Part shown: piece by piece, positions 1 to 5,838 of the stretch
Layout of the letters: every line of letters starts with the position of its first letter
How positions within the stretch are numbered: position 1 is the first letter of the stretch
Source of the DNA: Fonticula alba ATCC 38817
Lineage: Eukaryota; Protista; Nucleariida
DNA: 6,695 nucleotides
Strand: one strand, 5' to 3'
NCBI GenBank assembly: GCA_000388065.2
Contig: KB932209.1
Position numbers and translations under genes: made by a program
The notes under the pieces: generated by a model
Seen by the model: the letters and a program-made list of their open reading frames with translations, nothing else
Told to the model about the DNA's origin: nothing
Database searches by the model: none

Positions 1-398
1 ATCGATGCCACACACCCAATGTGCCCCCCCCCCCTGACGACTCGGACACCCTCTCCCATGCACATGTCTCGGGCTTGTCTCTCAGCGGGTGGCACTTGCC
101 CCCGCCTCCACCAGCGACATGTGGGCAGGGCTTGGGCGGGGTTCAAGGTTCCGATCGTTGGCACTTGCCGCGAAGACCGATCAAGCACCCGCGGCCGGGA
201 CGAGGGGGGGCCGTTGACGCGTGCACAGACACACATGCACGCGCGCACGGACGCACGGACGCAACACATTTGCATCCGAAGGGACTCTGGAGTGCAGTGC
301 CCCTGGCTAACGGTGCGGGTCAGCCGCCACCTGCCATTGTTTGGCCCATTTGAACCATGGTCAATCGCAGCCCAGCACGGAGCCCCGGCCCGGCCCGG

Positions 399-483
399 CC
401 CCCCCCCCCCCCCCCCCCCCCCCCTACCCCCCCCCCCCCCCCCCCCCCCACCCCCACACCCCCCCCCCCCCCCCCCCTCCCCC
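399..483 (+). repeat. 85-nt interrupted poly-C tract
   Basis: C run with six non-C bases (425-426, 450, 456, 458, 478); its length may be unreliable. Confidence 0.95.
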
Positions 484-531
484 GCTGCCCTGTTGTTATG
501 GTTATCGTACCCTCTGGTCTATAATAGATTT

Positions 532-1059
532 TCACCAAGAATAGCCGATGCTCTCCTGGCACCTGTGGACGTCGGTGTGGGGGGGTGGGTGCCGCCGGGT
601 CTGAGGGGGACGGAGGGATATGGGGGGGGGGGGTGCATTTGCCTGGGTGAGCCCTGCCCCGACAACATGCCCGGTTTCCGCGCCTCCCCCTCTCGTCGGG
701 CGTACCCGGAAACGCGCGAGTGCCCGCGCACACGCATGCCCGTCGTAATCCTGTTGTGGGGCAGGAACATATACATTGGCATCTAAACGGGAGGATAGAA
801 TCACGCGGCCATCGCGGCATGACCGGCTCTGGAAATCCCTAGACCGCCAGACGTAGACGCCACCCCCACCCCCCATCCCCGGCCCCGTTTCCCCCCCGGA
901 GAGGGCGGAATGGAGTCCGGAGGGGGGGGGGGGGGGAGAGACGGAGGCCTGTGGCCCGCACATCGAAGGTGGTCTCACCCGAGGCTGGATGTCTGGAGAG
1001 CCGTTTGACAAGCTGCGTCTCGCGTGTCCGCGCTCGTGCTCCTTGGCGGACCTCTCCAT
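532..1059 (-). CDS. Putative small spliced protein of unknown function (about 62 aa; complement join 1059-979, 782-706, 562-532), preceded by a possible 5'UTR intron at 1184-1066
   Basis: Seen: GT-AG pairs on the minus strand (GTACAG..CCCAG 119 nt; GTGAGA..TTTAG 196 nt; GTACGC..CACAG 143 nt) with sizes like the SERINC introns and C-tracts on the minus strand; gccATGg context; hand-counted GC3 of about 79% (49/62) in this frame versus about 54% (41/76) in the alternative frame from ATG 1197. Product MERSAKEHERGHARRSLSNGSPDIQPRMPMYMFLPHNRITTGMRVRGHSRVSGCQESIGYSW; I recognise no homologue. Confidence 0.3.
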   Translation of the reverse strand: MERSAKEHERGHARRSLSNGSPDIQPRVRPPSMCGPQASVSPPPPPSGLHSALSGGETGPGMGGGGGVYVWRSRDFQSRSCRDGRVILSSRLDANVYVPAPQQDYDGHACARALARFRVRPTRGGGAETGHVVGAGLTQANAPPPPISLRPPQTRRHPPPHTDVHRCQESIGYSW

Positions 1060-1069
1060 GGCAGTCTGG

Positions 1070-1178
1070 GTGTGTGTGTGTGTGTGTGTGTATGGCTGTG
1101 TGTGGCTGTGCGTGGCTGTGCGTGGCTGTGTGCGGCTGTGCGTGGCTGTGCGTGGCTGTGCGTGGCTGTGTGCGGCTG
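1070..1178 (+). repeat. (GT)11 microsatellite followed by a 10-bp tandem minisatellite GGCTGTGYGY x8.5
   Basis: GT repeat at 1070-1091; units start at 1094, 1104 ... 1164, with a partial unit at 1174-1178. Confidence 0.97.
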
Positions 1179-1413
1179 CTGTACCCGTGAATGGCATCGC
1201 TCCGGCTGGGCGCGGGTGCTGGCGTGCCAGCCTCGACCCCCCGGCTGAGGGTAAAGAGCGATCCTGCCGGACTGGCGTCCATCCGGCGGATGGCGGTTAT
1301 CGCCGCCCCAGCCCACCCACTTTTCCCGCCCGCTCCCCCGCCACCTGTTCCCACTCCCATTTGGGGAAATGCCTGTTGCTGAGGTCGCCTCCGCCGTCGC
1401 CCCTCTCGCTAGC

Positions 1414-1440
1414 TCCTCCTCCTCCTCCTCCTCCTCCTCC
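1414..1440 (+). repeat. (TCC)9+ trinucleotide repeat running into an assembly gap
   Basis: Nine perfect copies ending at the N-run 1441-1450. Confidence 0.95.
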
Positions 1441-1450
1441 NNNNNNNNNN
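1441..1450. other. Assembly gap (10 N placeholder)
   Basis: N run; true size unknown. Confidence 0.99.
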
Positions 1451-1699
1451 CGCCTGAGGAGGAACCCCCGAGACGGCGGGGTGCCCTGGGCACCCGGCAC
1501 CGCTCCCTCCCCTCTCTCCCCCCCCCCGCCCCCCTCTCGACGTCGGTTGCCCTCTCCCCCTCCTCTCTTTCTCCCGCCTCCCGATCGCTGCTGCCACGGC
1601 CGCCTTCCCCCTGCCCCGCCTTCTTCCCTCCCTGGTGCATCTCCCTTCCCCTCACTGCCAGACGGCCGCCGGGCGCGCAGGTCTTCCTCTGACTGGAGC

Positions 1700-3765
1700 A
1701 TGTTCTGCCTGCCGATCGCGGCGATTTGCTCCAGCGCAGGTGCGTGGCCCACATTGACCGGGCTCGTCCGTGGCTTGTGGCGCGTTTCTCGCTGTCGGCC
1801 TAACCCCTCTTGCCCCTCCTCCTGCTCCGGCGGCTCACCCATCCACGACCAGCTTGCTGCTGCGCCGGGGGCGTTTGCAAGCTCTGCTGCTGGTCCTTCC
1901 GCGTCGGCTCCTCGACCGCCACGCGGCTAGTTTACTCCGTGGGCCTGATTTTCACAGCCATCCTCGCTTGGGTCCTCCGGTACGCCGGACCTGCGCATCG
2001 CCCCATCGCCCTTTGCTTTGCGCCTTGCCTCGTCACAGGCACACCGTCTGACAGTGTCTGCTCCCGGCGCCTCTGGCTGCATGTCTTTTCTTGCCTCTCT
2101 CTCTCTCTCTCCCTTTCTTTCTCCCTGCTCCCTCCCCGCCCTCTTCCCCCCTGTCCCTGTGGGATGCTCCACAGCAATTGGGGCGATGTCATCTTCCCCT
2201 CCAAATGGCAGACCTACTGCCAGGGGGAGTGCTTCTCGGTGCTGGCCGTCTACCGGGTGTCCTTCGGCTTCCTGCTCTACCATCTGGGCATGTGCATTTT
2301 CACCATCGGTGTCACGACAAGTCGCTTCCCGCGTGCCATGTTCCATAACGGGTATGTCGTCATGTCCCCACGCCGGGTGCCCTTTTGCCGCTTCCCCCTC
2401 GCCGCCATGGCCAGCAATGGCCATCCCGATTGTCGGGTACGGCCATGCGCACTGACTCCGAGGTTCCTCCGCCTGCGCCCCACAGCTTCTGGCCCATTAA
2501 GGCCATCCTCTTGGCCGGCCTGATCACGGCGGCCTTCTTTATCCCGGAGAACTTCTACCGGTACTATGCGTACATTTGCATCGGCCTGGGCATCATCTTC
2601 CTGCTGGTCCAGACGATCATCGTCATCGACACGGCACACACCCTGGCCGAGAAGCTGGTCGGCTACTATGAAGAGACCCAGGACATCTGCTGGCAGTTGG
2701 CCCTCTACAGTCTGGTGATCATCGCCCTTGGGACCCTGATTGGCGGGTCGACCATGCTGTACATCTACTTCGGCAGCGGCCCCGGCTGTGGGCTGAACAT
2801 CTTCTTCATCACCTTCAACCTGGTGGTGTGCATTGTGCTGATGCTGTGCTCCGTGCTGACTGTCGTCCAGGAAGCCAACCCCCGGATGGGCATCCTCCAG
2901 CCGAGCATCATCGCCATGTACCTGACGTACGTGGTCGCCAGTGCCATGGCCAGCCAGCCGGACGACTCAACCTGCATGGCTGGTTCCGGCAGCATGGGGG
3001 TCTGGGGCGAGGTGCTCATGTACTTTGGCTTCATTTCGACCTTCGTCTTCCTCGGGGTGGCGGCCTTCAGCTACGGGTCGCGCGATGAGCCCTTCTCCGC
3101 ATCCGTCGGTGTACGTCCCTCGGAGTGCACATGCACCGGCGTTCGTTGCCTTTGCTTGGCGTGTGCCGATCGTGACTGACATCGCCCCTCGTTGCTCGTC
3201 TCTGCCCCCTCCCTCGCTCCCTCCCTCCCATGCACATGCATATGCACAGAGCGCCAGTGGCTCCGACGATGAAGACGAGGAAATCGAGGGCACCAAGTAC
3301 CACTACTACCTTTTCCATCTGGTCTTTGTCCTGGCTGCCGGGTATATGGCCGTGCTGCTGACCAACTGGTCGATCTTGGTCCCGAGCACGGGCAATGGGT
3401 CGAGTGCCGTTGGGTCTTTGGCCGTTGGCAGTCTCTTTGGCAGCAGCGAGGGGGTATCGGCCGCGGCCAGTGCCGCTGGACTTGCCCTCGGCCGGCGTCT
3501 GACCGCCCTGGCTGCCCTGGTCCGGCGCTCGGACTTGGCCATGATGCTGCTGCCGAAGCCGGTGGCCCTGACGGTGTCCGCCCTGGGCAGCCTGTCGGGC
3601 AGCGAAGCCGGCATCCTCGCTGCGGACAGCTCCACCTACTTCGATGTTGACCAGGGGATTGGCTCCATGTGGGCCAAGATGGCCACCAGTTGGCTCATTT
3701 CCTTGCTCTTTGGCTGGACCCTCTTTGCGCCGGTCATGTTCCCGGACCGCTTCTCGGACCTCTGA
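1700..3765 (+). CDS. SERINC: Serine incorporator (SERINC/TDE/Tms1 family) multi-pass membrane protein; 5 exons join(1700-1739,1853-1979,2175-2351,2486-3110,3250-3765), 1485 nt = 494 aa + TGA
   Basis: Seen: four GT-AG introns join the ORF-track fragments into one open frame (MFCLPIAAICSSAACCCAGGVCKLCCW..STATRLVYS..LAVYRVSFG..FHNGFWPIK..IDTAHTLAE..CGLNIFFITFNL..VQEANPRMGILQPSIIAMYLTYVVASAMASQPDDSTC..YHYYLFHLVF..YMAVLLTNW..WAKMATSW..WTLFAPVMFPDRF). Knowledge: Cys-rich N-terminus, STxTRxxY, AVYR, HNGFW, QExNPxxG, FH..Y...LTNW, WxK..SW and WTLxAP are hallmark SERINC/Tms1 motifs; about 10 hydrophobic segments. Confidence 0.96.
1740..1852 (+). other. SERINC intron 1 (113 nt, phase 1)
   Basis: Donor GTGCGT; pyrimidine-rich body; branch-like CTCAC at 1834-1838 and CCTAAC at 1799-1804; acceptor CCAG. 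The join g|ct gives Ala and restores the Cys-rich N-terminus. Confidence 0.85.
1980..2174 (+). other. SERINC intron 2 (195 nt, phase 2); contains (CT)8 at 2095-2110
   Basis: Donor GTACGC, acceptor CACAG, long C/T tract. The join cg|c gives Arg and removes a non-homologous low-complexity in-frame stretch. Confidence 0.88.
2352..2485 (+). other. SERINC intron 3 (134 nt, phase 2)
   Basis: Donor GTATGT, branch CACTGAC at 2450-2456, acceptor CACAG. The join recreates the conserved HNG|FWPIK. Confidence 0.93.
3111..3249 (+). other. SERINC intron 4 (139 nt, phase 0)
   Basis: Donor GTACGT, branch GACTGAC at 3174-3180, no AG between 3181 and the acceptor CACAG at 3245-3249. Joins ..PFSASVG|SASGSDDEDEE.. 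Confidence 0.88.
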
Positions 3766-3775
3766 GGCGCCCCTG

Positions 3776-3816
3776 GCATGCGCGCGCACGCGCGCTCTCT
3801 CTCTCTCTCTCTCTCT
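3776..3816 (+). repeat. 20-nt purine-pyrimidine alternating tract followed by (CT)11, just 3' of the SERINC stop
   Basis: GCATGCGCGCGCACGCGCGC at 3776-3795; (CT)11 at 3795-3816. Confidence 0.95.
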
Positions 3817-4105
3817 CGCCCCCTTCTCTTCCTCTCGGCCGGCGTCGAATGGCCTCTCCTGCGTGCTTTCCATCCCCCTGTCTCCTTCTTGTTCGCGATC
3901 CGGCTCACAGGCTGAGCCGTCGCACGCCCGCCAGCACGATGCCCCCCTGTGGCGATCCTCCATGCGTGCGCACGGAGTCACCGATAACCGCGCTCGAATG
4001 TGAATGCGCGAGTAGGAACAAGCGCTGGCGCCATTTGCGAGAGGTCCACACAATCGCCGTGTCTATGTGTGCCGTGATTGCGGCGCGGTTGCTGCGCCGG
4101 GCAAT

Positions 4106-4177
<72 letters not shown>
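4106..4177 (+). repeat. Perfect (G)72 homopolymer
   Basis: Uninterrupted G run counted from the sequence; its true length may be affected by sequencing error. Confidence 0.95.
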
Positions 4178-4578
4178 CGGGGCGGGATAATCGCCCAAGA
4201 AGATGCCCCCCCTCCCCGAGACCAGACACACCCACACGGTGCCCGAGAGCGCGGAGGCGTTCCTCGCCCGAAAAGAAAAGAAGACGAAAAAAATGACAAA
4301 TACACCATACTATAGGAAGAGGATCAGTGGCTGCCTGCATGATCTGGCATGTGGGGGGGGGGGGGGCGGGCATCCGGTGGGCGACTGGCCCCCGGAGTAG
4401 TGGCGTGTACGGCCGCCTGGCAAAGCACAGTGCCCGGGAATTATCCTCGAGGAGTGGGGAAGTGAGCGAGACGGACTTGGCCCGGGGGCCCCGTGAGATT
4501 CCGCGAAGTCGCACGGCGGGGCACCGCCGAAAACCTGCGTCGCCAAAGGCTGCCTCGTTCTCCGCCCCGCCCGGGGGC

Positions 4579-4588
4579 NNNNNNNNNN
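4579..4588. other. Assembly gap (10 N placeholder)
   Basis: N run; it may hide the ATXN2-like start. Confidence 0.99.
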
Positions 4589-4598
4589 GGCTGCCCGT

Positions 4599-4625
4599 GC
4601 TGCCGCCGCTGCCGCCGCTGCCGCC
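4599..4625 (+). repeat. (GCTGCCGCC)3 GCN repeat; poly-Ala9 if translated in the ATXN2-like frame
   Basis: Three perfect 9-mers, in frame with ATG 4650. Confidence 0.9.
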
Positions 4626-4649
4626 GTCGCCCCCCTGGACAATCCCCTG

Positions 4650-5507
4650 ATGCAGCCGTCGCCGCACGCTACCGCCGCCGCCGAGGCGGCGCCCGCCATG
4701 GCCGCCACCATGGCCGCCACGTCGCCTCATCCGCCGCCCGCCGCGCACCAGCCTGGCGAGGTGGCCCTCTCACCCAACATGTTTGGGCCCTTCTTCCACC
4801 GTTACTGGATCTCGCTCATCGGCCGGCCGGTGACCGTGTACCTGACCGTGGCGCATGATGGCTTCACCGATAGTGTTCGGGGTGTCCTCTCCCCGAGTGA
4901 CATGTCCCTCCCGTCGCTTGCCGAGCCGGAGTCCAGTACCATCCGCCTGGAGCTGGCCATTGACGAGGCCCAGGCCACCCTCCGGCCGTCGGTTGTCATT
5001 CCCCTGTCCAAGGTGGCGGCTGTGCGTCTTTCTTCTTTCTTTCTTTCTTTTTCCTCCTCCCTCCTTGCCTGCCTGTTGCAGGTCATTTTGGCCACCTAGC
5101 TGGCAGTCCAGCGCCCGAGATCTCTCTCCCCCCCCCCCCCACTTTGCCTACTCCCACTCACCCCTCCTGCTGCCCCGTGCATGTGGTAGATTTCCTCGAC
5201 CGGGGTGGATCTCGCGCCCGAGAGCCGTCTCACCCGGGATATCTATCCCTCGGTGGCTGGGCTGACGCCGGCTCTTCTCTCGAACTTCTCGTCCCTCTCT
5301 TTCGATACATTCCTCGTGGACTCGGAAATTGGCTCCGGCGGGACCGCGGCCACCGAGCAGGTTATGGTTCCCTGGGAGTTGGATGCCTCGGACCCGGTGA
5401 TTTCCAGCGACATGATGGAGGCCCTGCACTCGCAGCCCACGGAGAAGTTCGACCAGTTCGAGGTGAACCGCACGCGCTTCGGCAAGGTGGTGACCTTCGA
5501 CGAGTCG
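4650..5507 (+). CDS. ATXN2: Ataxin-2 / Pbp1-like RNA-binding protein (LSm domain + N-terminal half of LsmAD); exons 4650-5021 and 5190-5507; start codon and 3' end uncertain
   Basis: Seen: the spliced frame gives RYWISLIGRPVTVYLT..SVRGVL..IRLELA..SVVIPLSKVAA|ISSTGVDL..FLVDSEIGSGG..EQVMVPWELD..EKFDQFEVNRTRFGKVVTFDES. Knowledge: this matches the ataxin-2/Pbp1 LSm pattern (xxxxIGxxVxV..GVL..L...VD) followed by the FxTDxxIS..ExxLxxW linker and the LsmAD start WDQFxxNExxFGVxSTFDE. The frame is open upstream to the 4579-4588 gap. Donor GTGCGT at 5508. Confidence 0.85.
5022..5189 (+). other. ATXN2-like intron 1 (168 nt, phase 0)
   Basis: Donor GTGCGT, T/C tracts, branch-like CTCAC at 5157-5161, acceptor GTAG. 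Among the acceptors I examined (5081, 5099, 5189) only this one keeps the frame open, and it gives the LSm-terminal ..KVAA|ISSTGVDL. Confidence 0.8.
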
Positions 5508-5583
5508 GTGCGTGGCTTTGTGGCCCTGTTTCGGGTGTTTTTTTTTGTTTTTTGCTTGGACTCCCTCCTGACGTTACCCGCAG
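5508..5583 (+). other. ATXN2-like intron 2 (start firm; end at 5583, at 5610 or within the 5829-5838 gap)
   Basis: Donor GTGCGT immediately after the TFDES codons; T-rich body; CCTGAC(5567-5572)..CGCAG(5583) and GCTAAC(5595-5600)..CTAG(5610) are both canonical-looking 3' ends. Confidence 0.5.
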
Positions 5584-5703
5584 AAGACGCACCGGCTAAC
5601 TCCGTGCTAGCATTTTCGGTATTTCGGAGGGTGCTTGCGTTTATCGTATTTACTGTTCGTTTATCGCACTCTGGGGGTTTGTTTTGTCGGCTGTGTTCTG
5701 CGG

Positions 5704-5751
5704 TTTTTTTTTTTTTTTTGCTTTGCCCCCCCCCCCCCCCCCCCCCCCCCC
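5704..5751 (+). repeat. (T)16 and (C)26 homopolymers
   Basis: T run at 5704-5719; C run at 5726-5751. Confidence 0.95.
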
Positions 5752-5828
5752 TCCCTCTCTGCCGCTGGGGCACTGACACCCCTTGCTCTTTGTCCTTCCC
5801 TTGAACCGGCCCGGGTGCGACTGATCGT

Positions 5829-5838
5829 NNNNNNNNNN
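5829..5838. other. Assembly gap (10 N placeholder), followed by (G)16
   Basis: N run; it may hide further ATXN2-like exons. Confidence 0.99.

Noticed and set aside
520-525. TATAAT, the bacterial -10 consensus
   Set aside because: The context is eukaryotic, there is no -35 partner or downstream gene, and it lies in the probable 3' end of the minus-strand unit.
532-782. Resemblance of RITTGMRVRGHSRVSGCQESIGYSW to Yippee/Mis18 (TG.H.V.DI.C..C...LGW)
   Set aside because: The first Cys of the CxxC pair and the N-terminal CxxC are missing; the similarity is too weak to name.
19-820. Long ORFs 19..786(+), 21..353(+), 320..820(-), 341..544(+) with poly-Pro or poly-Gly
   Set aside because: They stay open only because they cross the 85-nt C tract in GC-rich DNA, and no domain is recognisable.
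1094-1178. Short tandem array considered as CRISPR-like, and the Cys/Val or His/Thr ORFs over it
   Set aside because: The units are contiguous 10-mers with no spacers and no cas genes; the ORFs are translations of the repeat.
1927-4053. Minus-strand ORFs overlapping SERINC (1927..2424, 2277..2639, 2765..3034, 3067..4053, 3306..3635 etc.)
   Set aside because: Antisense shadows expected from high-GC3 coding sequence; no independent motifs.
3978-4858. ORFs 3978..4748(-), 4310..4720(-), 4327..4650(+), 4493..4858(+)
   Set aside because: They run through an N gap and/or homopolymers, and parts are antisense or off-frame readings of the GCN-rich ATXN2 N-terminus.
5022-5099. Strong-looking internal TTGCAG|GTCATT in ATXN2 intron 1 as a recursive splice site or poison acceptor (would give VILAT*)
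   Set aside because: The segment 5022-5079 contains no adenosine before the AG, so no conventional branch point exists for a 60-nt intron, and the second donor is weak.
1700-5507. SERINC plus ataxin-2 as a functional gene cluster
   Set aside because: Both are ordinary housekeeping families; I know of no shared pathway, and adjacency in a compact eukaryotic genome is uninformative.
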